In this document: positions 42,801 to 51,689 of the stretch, in pieces
Layout: each line of letters begins with the position of its first letter
Numbering within the stretch: the stretch's first letter is position 1
DNA from: a virus
Taxonomy: Duplodnaviria; Caudoviricetes
Virus record (IMG/VR): IMGVR_UViG_3300030098_003093
Location: 1 to 52,674 of that record
DNA: 52,674 nt
Strand: one strand, 5' to 3'
Notes under the pieces: generated by a model
The model's input: the letters and a program-made list of their open reading frames with translations, nothing else
Databases searched by the model: none
Told to the model about the DNA's origin: nothing
Translations under genes and position numbers: made by a program

Positions 42801-45447
42801 TTTTATAGAAACAGAAATAAAATGGACAATCCCTTCTAGTCCTGCTTTAGGAATAACATATGAGCCTTTGTGTGTTACAAAGACATTATACGGAACTGCT
42901 TCTGTTGACGTAGAATGTTTTGTTGACCCTTGTGTAGTTCAATATTACACAAAAAAAATAAGAAATAAATATGATAAAGCTGTTTGCGATTGCGACACTT
43001 TAAAAATAAAAAAATATAGAGCTCAACTACAAAGAATTGTTGAGTTATTAAATGTATTCATAATAGGAGAACAATCAGAGTGTGCAAATGATTATTCAGA
43101 ATTATGGACTATTCTTGGAATTAGCTACCAAGACCATTTAACCGACCCTAACTGTTGCTCATCTATTAAAGACGCAACACCTAATCCTAAATTAATAGGA
43201 GACGGGTGTATAGGAGATGTAGGGGATTGTGGAGATGATGGAGGAGGAGGTGGGAAACCACCGCCACCACCACCACCGCCGCCAAATAATTGCGCCTGCG
43301 ACTCTACTACTCCTTATTGGGATTTTACACTCCAAGCAGCTGGAGGTTATGCCGTTGGAGATTTAGTGTGGCACACAACACAGATTGGAGGAAATGATGT
43401 TCCTGTTAATACTTGTAAAGCGTGTTTTGAAGTGGGGACTATTCCTACGGGAGGTTGGGACCCAACTTTACCTATCAACGAATTGCCAAATGAAGATAAA
43501 CAACAATATTGGACTTTTGTTACTTGTAATGTTTCTAGTCAAAACAAAGATTGTTTTGGATGTACAGATAAAAATTCTATTGGTTACAATCCAAATGCTG
43601 TGTATGATGATGGTTCTTGTATTCCTTGCGTATATGGATGTCCAGACAGTACAGCATTAAACTATAATTCAGCTGCTACTTGTGACGATGGTTCATGTAT
43701 AGCTGTTGTTTATGGTTGTACAGACCCACTAGCTTTGAATTATTACCCTGGAGCAAATGTTGATGACGGTTCTTGTTGTTATATTTCAGGCTGTACAGAT
43801 GGAGCCGCTACAAATTATTCTCCTACTGCTTGTTATGATGATGGCTCATGTATATATCCAGGAGCATGTACTTCTACTAATTGGGTTAATATTTATTCTT
43901 CTCCAGTTTTACTTCACGATGGTATACCAAAATTTTCAAACTTAGTTTTAGATAATGGAAATAATATTTGGGCTTGGGTGGCTTCAAATAGATTTCCGTA
44001 TGGCCCTATGAATCATCCGATTAATCGTAGTTTGGCTATAGGTCCTGCTGCAGACGTTACATCTCCTACTGATTATTGGGCTCAATCGGCTGGAACTTGG
44101 AATATAAGCCCTGCGCTTAGTTCACTTCCAAACTTTCCTGTTAGTTCTCAAGAAATAGTTACTACAGGAGATGGAAGGTTTTGGTTTGTAAATGGGGAAG
44201 GAGTATCTCAAACAAATGCTTTTGCGGGAATGTCCAGCGCTTCAGCAACTAACGCCGGGGGTGTATTTAGCAGTAAATATAATATTACTTCTCATGCTCT
44301 TCCTGCTTTAGTGAAAAATAAAGAAATGAGATATGTTACTATGGATGTTGATGGTGCTTCTACTCCACTTTTACATATATTATTTGGCTCACGAGATTCT
44401 GCTGATAGCGTTACTCACGGAAGTGGAGGCTCAGAAAGTGGTGCTTATAAAACTTACTATTATACAATGGATACTTCTAATGGTAGCTTTACCTTAGTTG
44501 ATACATTAAATGAATCAAATACAGACTGTCATTTATATTGGAGAAATGAAAACTCTCATGATTTAACTAGTCAATATAAAAACGAAAAAGGAGAAATTAA
44601 TGCTAAATTAAAATGTGATTCTTCTAATAAACCATGGGTTGTTTCTAATGGTAAAATAATGAAATACGATAGTGGGTGGAAAAACATATCTGGAAGTGCT
44701 GCTACAGCAAATGCGGGAGACTTTCATACTCATGCTACTACTGGGGCTAACACTGTTTTCACTGAAGATGCATCAGGTTCAACAAGAAATCCTGGGGGAA
44801 TGTATGGAACAAATCATTGGGAGTATAGAGAAATAACACTAGACTTTTTAATTGACGGTTCTAATAAATACATTTTAACTTATAGTACTAGAAAATTAGA
44901 CAATGCTTCACAACAGGGAAGTTCTCCAGCTGGAGCTGTAAAAGCTACTGATAGAAAAGCAGAAATTATATTACATCATCACAACGGAAGTAGTTGGGCT
45001 CATCACGTTGTACCTACTGCCACTGATTCTAGCGGAGGCTTATTATATGAGCATCCTTTTGATAATTATTTAGATTATCCACGAACAGGAGATACTACAA
45101 CAGCAAAACCTACTATAGCTGTAAGGTCAGGGATTCCTTATGTTTTTGTGTCAACCAATGTTCATGATGGAAGTGACTACGGAGAAACTAGTAAAACTAC
45201 AGTGTATAAATATGATAGCGGATGGACAAAAATAGGAGATGATATTGTAATAGGAGCGCATGGTTGGGGAGCAGATGATACTAATTATAATTATAGTAGA
45301 TTGCTTCAGCCTTTAACGCAATTATTATATAATTCTACTACTGATGAAATTTATGCTATGTCTAACACAGTACCTTCAAATGTAACTGATTTACCTACTG
45401 GGGACTGGACAGGATTTGATGTCATAATTAAAAAAATATGTTTTTAA
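39850..45447 (+). CDS. Large mosaic virion fibre/adhesin protein with SprB and Cys-rich repeats
   Basis: SprB repeat (GGSDGTAT..SGGTPPFNYSWSNGATT..ISNLTAGTYSVTVTD..C), poly-Pro tract, four GCTD repeats, no signal peptide. Confidence 0.7.
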   Translation: MAVLSAYSYLFEVNPTDQTTGLGKNGDHSANYGSANTGAALTTGNWSPPAGHQGGTFAANNTTNPPTPGGVSGRGGKTTVRVTIAIDRSNFKPALGPTGSGLERPIAPKMLEIQDITGDGIYPSLQHFPGGQYNHPLGLNAGGASSGEYRVLDYVDDGKFHEALTAGSTGHSTYQGGGIPPTSGERTFQVEFTNGHIETITVFVLGRNALYHEGEDITDIAIDTNLPSFYGNGMTHTGAGNVSTYSTLDSESVSVGKFSGGESAIRMNYNTLSPPSSGTPAGWPVNTILNSPSMGSTDAYCGGYEPRMLVGSQSLIGHPNLKWGTTIEPGGCSGSCWDGTPKSLVMAAKVVQDDDERFAGITDFVLHDIASLNSGFGSSGNKVYSGVPHNWVGYAKFNSGWSQPSLIAGQYPPLNMLGTPTGSNFTANLDNTYIDFNNNSLDKNSYFRIPASPISVNNSAGSLDTEIREIFLHEDSWIIGTVGGLYEPTSTYDAVVTAMSGVNTGSSPGTESFSSAVSHTYKYIEDDVDDPCRNFSVSNVPYTTTDETSVGANDGTFSISLPASGAPYNITITDSSGTVVGTNNTASNLAPGMYTVTVRDNSDCEDQMAFMIYASTSSPCNIQATASASIKCAGLSTLTINTNQPTSSWKTTWKDPSGVVIPVLGNIYQPQVSVNASTNPGTYTVEIEDTNFASGVCVLLLSIPNVSATAINLSATATDVTVFGGSDGTATALTSGGTPPFNYSWSNGATTQLISNLTAGTYSVTVTDSSNCTTTASVTVGQPVTKPVNAKCLDVCLDLDNGVFDFVDNNDYSPAGPQLPYRIALTIEHSNGTIVHPGSLGNPDIFSDSNLSNVRTYNYNIKYGQNNKIQIPSSSGNYISDVYKVTTEWNFSGTSVPEVTKVCYINAQGLAMFDNISIDTSLTYSCTGDIISKDNTVYGMSGIPFTISRTHKLFGPSTSGLPTPAFTTGTNMITHSLYEGTWDNFIETEIKWTIPSSPALGITYEPLCVTKTLYGTASVDVECFVDPCVVQYYTKKIRNKYDKAVCDCDTLKIKKYRAQLQRIVELLNVFIIGEQSECANDYSELWTILGISYQDHLTDPNCCSSIKDATPNPKLIGDGCIGDVGDCGDDGGGGGKPPPPPPPPPNNCACDSTTPYWDFTLQAAGGYAVGDLVWHTTQIGGNDVPVNTCKACFEVGTIPTGGWDPTLPINELPNEDKQQYWTFVTCNVSSQNKDCFGCTDKNSIGYNPNAVYDDGSCIPCVYGCPDSTALNYNSAATCDDGSCIAVVYGCTDPLALNYYPGANVDDGSCCYISGCTDGAATNYSPTACYDDGSCIYPGACTSTNWVNIYSSPVLLHDGIPKFSNLVLDNGNNIWAWVASNRFPYGPMNHPINRSLAIGPAADVTSPTDYWAQSAGTWNISPALSSLPNFPVSSQEIVTTGDGRFWFVNGEGVSQTNAFAGMSSASATNAGGVFSSKYNITSHALPALVKNKEMRYVTMDVDGASTPLLHILFGSRDSADSVTHGSGGSESGAYKTYYYTMDTSNGSFTLVDTLNESNTDCHLYWRNENSHDLTSQYKNEKGEINAKLKCDSSNKPWVVSNGKIMKYDSGWKNISGSAATANAGDFHTHATTGANTVFTEDASGSTRNPGGMYGTNHWEYREITLDFLIDGSNKYILTYSTRKLDNASQQGSSPAGAVKATDRKAEIILHHHNGSSWAHHVVPTATDSSGGLLYEHPFDNYLDYPRTGDTTTAKPTIAVRSGIPYVFVSTNVHDGSDYGETSKTTVYKYDSGWTKIGDDIVIGAHGWGADDTNYNYSRLLQPLTQLLYNSTTDEIYAMSNTVPSNVTDLPTGDWTGFDVIIKKICF

Positions 45448-45458
45448 TATAATATATT

Positions 45459-46274
45459 ATGGGAAAAATACAATATAAAGAAATATTAAATGATGGAACA
45501 GAGAAGGCACAATATTCTTCTAAAAATACTCGTAAAGTAGTTAAAAAAGTAGGACACAAGGGTAATTATTCAGATGTAATTATAAAATCTCCTTTTCTTA
45601 ATTTAGAAAAAACTGGAACTGGAACATCTGTTAATCCTTATGTTTACAAAATAGATGTAGCAGATACTTTTGCTAATTCTTTATCTTCACAAAGAACATT
45701 GGTTTCTGAATTTAACGAAAAAGCTGAAAACATAACAAACATAAAAGAAAGACTAAAATATATAAACAATAAAAATTTACAGGCTAAATATAAATCTATA
45801 TCTTTTTCTGTAAATCTTTTAGATTTTTTAACCATGCAAGGTAAAGATAAAAAAATAAACACCTTGGATGTTAATTATATATATAATCCAGATAAAAAAA
45901 ATATATCTATTAATTCTTTACATTATTTAGATTCAAAAAAAACAAATAGAAATTGGTCTCAAAACAATTCTTTTTCATTAGAAGGTATAAACGAAAAAGA
46001 AATACATTTTTTAAAGACAACTTTTATTAATGATAATAGCGACAATACTAGATTTAAAGAAGATAATAAAGGGGAGTCTTTTAAAAGAGCCTCAAAAGAT
46101 TTTGTTTTTAATATATCTAAAACTTTAAAAGTTAATTTTAATGTAACAAACAAAATTGAGTTTCATTTTACTAATAAAAATATACATGTTACAAATGTTT
46201 ATTTAGAAAAATTATTAAAAGAAAATTCAAAAAAAGGAAATGCAATAATTCAATTCTATATTGAATACAATTAA
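45459..46274 (+). CDS. Hypothetical K/N-rich protein, paralogous to the C-terminal half of the next gene
   Basis: TGTGTSVNPYVYKID vs SGSGTSADPVIYSMD. Confidence 0.6.
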   Translation: MGKIQYKEILNDGTEKAQYSSKNTRKVVKKVGHKGNYSDVIIKSPFLNLEKTGTGTSVNPYVYKIDVADTFANSLSSQRTLVSEFNEKAENITNIKERLKYINNKNLQAKYKSISFSVNLLDFLTMQGKDKKINTLDVNYIYNPDKKNISINSLHYLDSKKTNRNWSQNNSFSLEGINEKEIHFLKTTFINDNSDNTRFKEDNKGESFKRASKDFVFNISKTLKVNFNVTNKIEFHFTNKNIHVTNVYLEKLLKENSKKGNAIIQFYIEYN

Positions 46275-46311
46275 TATAAATAAATAATTAGGAATACTCA
46301 TTAATTTTGAG

Positions 46312-46319
46312 TATATTTG
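46312..46319 (+). promoter_or_regulatory. -7 element TATATTTG
   Basis: Upstream of ATG 46336. Confidence 0.75.
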
Positions 46320-46335
46320 TAAAAATAAATATAAT

Positions 46336-47973
46336 ATGGCTTTAGATGTAAAAGTAATTTTTGATTTAGATAATTCAAAGCTTAAGATAGAGGATAATAA
46401 CAATTATTCAAGTGGATATTCTTTTTCCGGGCAACTTAATGTAGTTCTTACAGTTACAGGTCCTGGAGGAGCTGTTCATGCCGGAGGTACATCTAGCGAG
46501 CCAGACATGACAATTTTAGCTAGCGAGTATACTCCTAGTATAGACCTGCAAGGTAACAGAAAATGGAATAGTGGAGAAGGAATAACATTACCATCGTCAT
46601 TAACTGGAGCTTGGACTGTTGCTTATAAAATTTATGATAATGCAGGAAGTGGGGATGTATATACAGAAACTTACAGCTTTAACTACGGATTTAGTTTGCC
46701 TGCAGTTAGTGTTGGGTTAACGGTTACTCAAAATTCATCTTTAATAACTAGTACAGATTCTACCAATTACTCTTCTAGTTACACTAACGATTCTTTAACA
46801 AGAAATCACCGAATACATCCTCCTGCTGGAGCGACTACTGCTACTGGGGTTGCTATACCAGAAGATGCTGAATCTGGAACTGCTTCTACTATTAATTATA
46901 CGGGAATAACAACAGGGTCGTGGAGAGCTACAGTTTCATCTACTGGAGAATGGTCTGATGGTAGCGCAAGTGATGCTACAACATCTAGTAGACATTATGT
47001 TACAGGAACACCTACAGGAGGCTCTACTACTACTGTAAATTCAGACCTTGGCTTATGCGATGTTTATTGTTGTTTAAAAGCCTTAAATGATAGATACGAA
47101 CAAGCTAAATGTAAAAATAAAGATTTAGCAGAAGAATACAAAGCAAAAATAGAAGATGTTACTAGAATGGTTACGTTATATGTTCAAGCGGTTACTTGCG
47201 GATTAACAGGTGATGCAGAATGTTATATAAATGATATTAAAACTGTTTCTGAATGTGGGACAGAATGTAATTGTTATGGCTCGGGTAGTGCTCCGGCAAA
47301 CATACCTATAGTTTCTAAAATATCTACTGACACTTTTGTTATTGAAAATAAATCTGAAAGATTGTCATTAACATCTTCCGGTTCAGGAACTTCAGCTGAC
47401 CCTGTAATTTATAGCATGGATTTAGGCCCTTCTATATCTTCTAATATTGCTTATATTGCAGAAAATATTCATGAAACAAATAGTTCTATTAATAGGGTGG
47501 AAAGTGAAATGGCTGAGGTTTTAGAATCTTTAGAATTATCTACTGAATCTGCCGAAAGATTAACTATGAAGGTGAATCATAATTATTCAAACACTGGTGT
47601 TTCTATTGTTAAAAAAGAAAGCTTTAGAACTGGGTCTAGATTTTATAGTGCAGACACTGATGATATTTCAGTAGTTTCATCTAACACTTCTGAATCTACT
47701 TGGAAAAATTTAAACAACTCTATTGTAATGTCTAATATTTATGATTCAAAGTGGAGAGAAACTGATTTTTATGTTGAAGCTATAGTTTTAAACAATCCTG
47801 ATTTAGAAATAGATGTCTTTACTTTAGATAAAAAAGGAAGTAGTGGTTATGGTTCTTTTTATTATCGTTTTATTAATAAAAAAGGATATGTTTTAACAAA
47901 CAATAATTTAAAAAAATACGGAGAAATTCAAGTTTCTTTTGACTTGATTTCTGATTCAAAAACAAATGAATAA
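46336..47973 (+). CDS. Putative virion structural protein
   Basis: Beta-rich N-half, Cys-rich helical hinge; lies in the tail operon. Confidence 0.6.
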   Translation: MALDVKVIFDLDNSKLKIEDNNNYSSGYSFSGQLNVVLTVTGPGGAVHAGGTSSEPDMTILASEYTPSIDLQGNRKWNSGEGITLPSSLTGAWTVAYKIYDNAGSGDVYTETYSFNYGFSLPAVSVGLTVTQNSSLITSTDSTNYSSSYTNDSLTRNHRIHPPAGATTATGVAIPEDAESGTASTINYTGITTGSWRATVSSTGEWSDGSASDATTSSRHYVTGTPTGGSTTTVNSDLGLCDVYCCLKALNDRYEQAKCKNKDLAEEYKAKIEDVTRMVTLYVQAVTCGLTGDAECYINDIKTVSECGTECNCYGSGSAPANIPIVSKISTDTFVIENKSERLSLTSSGSGTSADPVIYSMDLGPSISSNIAYIAENIHETNSSINRVESEMAEVLESLELSTESAERLTMKVNHNYSNTGVSIVKKESFRTGSRFYSADTDDISVVSSNTSESTWKNLNNSIVMSNIYDSKWRETDFYVEAIVLNNPDLEIDVFTLDKKGSSGYGSFYYRFINKKGYVLTNNNLKKYGEIQVSFDLISDSKTNE

Positions 47974-47984
47974 AAAATAAAAAA

Positions 47985-49526
47985 ATGAGTGCATTAAGTA
48001 ATTTAGGAAATGGTTCTGGTTATATATATATTACCGATAAAGATAATGTAATTATATCTAATCTAGCCAATACTGCTGACAATAAACAATTAATAATTTC
48101 GGAAGCCGTTTATAACGGAGCTTTAGCTAATGAAAGTGGAAGTATTTTTACGGGTAATTATAATAGATATTATATAAATGCTGATTCTTCAGCATCATCT
48201 GGAACTATTAGTGGTGCTGTAGAAATAACTAATTATATTACAGGTTTTAATTTAGGTAATACAATGCCTCATGTAGATGTTACTGCTGCAGCTGGAGTAA
48301 TTACTTATACTAGATATTCTAATATACAAAGAATAGTTGTAGACACACAAAGTTCTGCGGCTACAGACGATATTCTTTATATAAGAGAAACAAATAGTTA
48401 TATTGCAGACGGGGATATTTTAATACTAGTAGGAGCACATGATGAAAGAGTTTCAACTTTTATTGATTGTTTAAGCAACGGTGGGCAAGACGCTAAAAAA
48501 GCTAATGCTGGAGTTGCTCTTTCTGGAATTGGTCAATTATCACTAGACTCTACTACTAGTTTTGAAACTCTTGATGAAAATTATGTTTTAATGATGTATT
48601 ATTGTGAGGCAACTACAAAATGGCATGAAATAAACAGAGCTCCAAATGCAGTTATAACAGATAGAAAATTAAGAGATAATGATATAAATGTTCCTATAAA
48701 AGGTTCAAAAGTAATATCAAGCATTACAGCTGGAGATGTTACAACTCCTCAAGCGGGTATAACAGAAGGGACAATTTTAGTTACGGGAACACACAGTATA
48801 GGTAGTGGTACTTTTACTATTGATAAGCCTAGTGGAGGGGTCGCAAAAGAAGGAGAAAAAATGATTGCTGTTTGGAATGCTAATTTAACAACTTCTGGTG
48901 CTGTTAATGTATTTGGACAAACTTTAACTACAGACCAAATGTTAAATGGTACAACAAAGCCAATGGAAATCATTACTCATTATGTAAACGGTGCTTGGCA
49001 AGATGGTATTATATCAAGAAGTGATGATGCTTCTGAAGACGCATTAGGAAATCCTTCTTCTGACGGAATGGTTTTAACTTCAACAGCTGCAGGGGTAAGA
49101 AGTTGGGCTAAAAGAGAAAAGGTAATACATACTGTAAGCGCTACTTATGATACAGCTTCAATGGCTAAAACAGTAGCAGATACACCAGTTGTAATTGCTG
49201 TAGATGCATTTCCTACAGGCTCTTTAATTATGTGTGACGAAGCTATAATAGAAATGGAAACAGCTTTAACTTCGGGAAGTTCTGCTGATGTTTCTATAGG
49301 AGTAAATGGTGGTGGTATATCTCAAGACCTAGATGCTATACATGATGAAACAGATTATAATGCAGCTCCATTTAATAGTGCAACAGCAGTTACTAGAACT
49401 AGCCCAGGAGGAAGTGTTACAATACTAAAACCTGCTAGTGGTCCTTGTAATATAGAGGTAAATGTTACAGCAGCAGATTTAACGGGAGGTAAGTTTACTG
49501 TTACTGTTCCTTACATGACATCTTAA
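47985..49526 (+). CDS. Putative tail fibre / structural protein
   Basis: LGNPSSDGMVLTSTAAGVRSW fibre-type motif; Ser/Thr/Ala-rich. Confidence 0.6.
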   Translation: MSALSNLGNGSGYIYITDKDNVIISNLANTADNKQLIISEAVYNGALANESGSIFTGNYNRYYINADSSASSGTISGAVEITNYITGFNLGNTMPHVDVTAAAGVITYTRYSNIQRIVVDTQSSAATDDILYIRETNSYIADGDILILVGAHDERVSTFIDCLSNGGQDAKKANAGVALSGIGQLSLDSTTSFETLDENYVLMMYYCEATTKWHEINRAPNAVITDRKLRDNDINVPIKGSKVISSITAGDVTTPQAGITEGTILVTGTHSIGSGTFTIDKPSGGVAKEGEKMIAVWNANLTTSGAVNVFGQTLTTDQMLNGTTKPMEIITHYVNGAWQDGIISRSDDASEDALGNPSSDGMVLTSTAAGVRSWAKREKVIHTVSATYDTASMAKTVADTPVVIAVDAFPTGSLIMCDEAIIEMETALTSGSSADVSIGVNGGGISQDLDAIHDETDYNAAPFNSATAVTRTSPGGSVTILKPASGPCNIEVNVTAADLTGGKFTVTVPYMTS

Positions 49527-49537
49527 AATAAATAAAT

Positions 49538-50311
49538 ATGGCTATAAGCGTAAACGAATTATATAGATTTGTTCAGTTTGTTGCAAATAAAGAACAATCT
49601 GGATTTATAAAGCCATCAGAATTTAATTTAGCCGTTGATAGGGCTCAAATGCAATTCTTTATGGAAAGATATGGTAATCCAGCAGAATACCAGCCAGGAA
49701 GACCTATTCCTAGAGTTGCTTATAATCAAACTCAAAAAGTTTCTGACGATTTAAGAAAATTTATAAAAAGGTCTGCTATTCCTGTTGATGTTAATGGAAT
49801 AATGCAATATCCTGAAGATTATCTTCATTTTAGCTCGGCAACATATCATTTTGTAGAGCAGCCTGTGAGTACAGAAACTCCAGATGATAATTGTGATGAT
49901 TGTCCAGGAAGCGGAACTAGTACTGTAACAATAGGAGAAATAACAAACCATACGGTTACTGTTAGACCTGTAGATGATTCTGAATTGTCTTATTTATTAC
50001 AAAGCAGTATTGTTAGACCGGATGAAAAAAACCCTGTATTAACTTTTTATCAAGAAGGAGTTCAATATCATCCAAAAAATTTAGGAGCTGTAGATTTTGT
50101 TTATTTAAGAAGACCTATAAAGCCTGAGTGGTCTTTTAATTTAAATTCAAACGGTAGGCCTGAATATGACCCCGTTAGCTCTGTAGATTTAGAATGGCCT
50201 GAGCAAGTTTTTAACGAAATAGCAGTAAGAATATTGTCTTTTGTTGGTGTAAATTTAAGAGAAGGAGAATTAACTCAATATAGTGAAGGGAAAAGACAAA
50301 CAGGAATATAA
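49538..50311 (+). CDS. Tail ring/adaptor protein
   Basis: MAISVNELY..V...NKEQSGFI.P.EFN...AQ; YLRRP..P.W. Confidence 0.7.
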   Translation: MAISVNELYRFVQFVANKEQSGFIKPSEFNLAVDRAQMQFFMERYGNPAEYQPGRPIPRVAYNQTQKVSDDLRKFIKRSAIPVDVNGIMQYPEDYLHFSSATYHFVEQPVSTETPDDNCDDCPGSGTSTVTIGEITNHTVTVRPVDDSELSYLLQSSIVRPDEKNPVLTFYQEGVQYHPKNLGAVDFVYLRRPIKPEWSFNLNSNGRPEYDPVSSVDLEWPEQVFNEIAVRILSFVGVNLREGELTQYSEGKRQTGI

Positions 50312-50314
50312 GAT

Positions 50315-50947
50315 ATGGCAACTACAAAAAAACAATTAGCAGAGCAAATACTTAGACTCCTAAAGTCTGGTGATGTTACTCATGACAACTCTATAGATAG
50401 TAGAGAAATACTTTTAGCTGTAGAGCAGGAAAGAGACAGACTAATTAGAGAAAGATTAATGCAGTCTATGGCTCAAGGTGAAGGGACTATACCGGGAGAT
50501 GTTATAAGTGCTTTTGACAGTATAAAAATAAAAAAAGACCATGTAAAACATTTGTTATACTCTCAGTTGCCAGGAAGACCTTTATCTCTTATGGACGACA
50601 AAGGAATAGTTCATGTTAGTTATACTGCAGACCAAGCTAATGCTTTTATTAGAGTAGCTAATGGTAGCCTTAGTTTATATAATGGATTATTGTCTTCAGA
50701 TATTGGGGGTAGAGGAGGATATTGGTTAGAGGGAGATAGAATATATTACAATGAATCTGTAGATGATTGTTGTGGAAATACAGTAATTATAAAAATGGTT
50801 ATGAATGCTGGAGATGTAGACCCTTCTCAGCCATTTCCTATACCTGCGGATATGGAAGCTGCTGTTATAAGAAATGTATTACAATTATATGGGGCTACTC
50901 AGGCAGTGCCTAATGATGAAACTAATGATAATTTAGAAACAGCTTAA
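50315..50947 (+). CDS. Putative tail ring protein
   Basis: About 210 aa, C-terminal FPIPADME..VI; synteny. Confidence 0.55.
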   Translation: MATTKKQLAEQILRLLKSGDVTHDNSIDSREILLAVEQERDRLIRERLMQSMAQGEGTIPGDVISAFDSIKIKKDHVKHLLYSQLPGRPLSLMDDKGIVHVSYTADQANAFIRVANGSLSLYNGLLSSDIGGRGGYWLEGDRIYYNESVDDCCGNTVIIKMVMNAGDVDPSQPFPIPADMEAAVIRNVLQLYGATQAVPNDETNDNLETA

Positions 50948-50948
50948 T

Positions 50949-51686
50949 ATGCCAAAAGATGTAAAATTAGACGAGGTTGTTAAATCTTTGCTTATACAGC
51001 ATGGAGAACAAACAGAGCATAAATACATGATGTATTTAGATGCAGCTATTAGAGGATTAAAAGAATTGACTTTTGATATTTTACAAAATATTAAGTCAGA
51101 AACACTAGATGTAAATACTAATTTAACTGTAGACTTACCATGTGACTTTGTTAACTACACAAGAATAGGATTGTGTAGGTCTCACGGAAGAATAGAAACT
51201 TTAGGGTATGATGAATACTTGTGTACACAAAATAATGTAGATTTATGTGGTGACGAAACTGCTAATGATTTTAGTGGAGAAAGTAGTGTTAGTGGAGGAA
51301 ATTCAAGAAATGGAGAGCTTACCGGAGGGTGGTATGGTCTTGGAGGTGGTCATAGAAATGGTTATTATAGAATTGATAGAGATAAAGCAAGAATTGTTTT
51401 GTCTTCAGAATTAGCTGGAGAATCTATTGTTTTAGAATATTTAAGTGATGGCTCTAATCCTAATGGAGACATGAAGGTTAATGCTTTAGCAGAAGAAGCC
51501 TTAAGAGCTTATATGCACTGGAAAATAATACAAAGACGTGCTGGTATTCCAATGCAAGAAAAAGAAGCCGCAAGAAGAGACTGGTATAATGAAAAAAGAT
51601 TAGCTAGAGCAAGAATAGTAAACTTTACCCCTGACCAAGCTTGGAGAATTTCAAGAAAACAAGTAAAACAATCACCTAAATTTTAA
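50949..51686 (+). CDS. Tail ring/tubular protein
   Basis: RGLKELTFD, LPCDFVNYTRI, IVLEYLSDG, AEEALRAY. Confidence 0.7.
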   Translation: MPKDVKLDEVVKSLLIQHGEQTEHKYMMYLDAAIRGLKELTFDILQNIKSETLDVNTNLTVDLPCDFVNYTRIGLCRSHGRIETLGYDEYLCTQNNVDLCGDETANDFSGESSVSGGNSRNGELTGGWYGLGGGHRNGYYRIDRDKARIVLSSELAGESIVLEYLSDGSNPNGDMKVNALAEEALRAYMHWKIIQRRAGIPMQEKEAARRDWYNEKRLARARIVNFTPDQAWRISRKQVKQSPKF

Positions 51687-51689
51687 TGA

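Noticed and set aside
583-49951. Many short ORFs antisense to or nested in longer genes (e.g. 583-768, 5995-6219, 7862-8119, 13825-14109, 19677-20081, 27818-28135, 36168-36518, 43385-43660)
   Set aside because: Shadow frames of well-supported genes, with no leaders or motifs of their own
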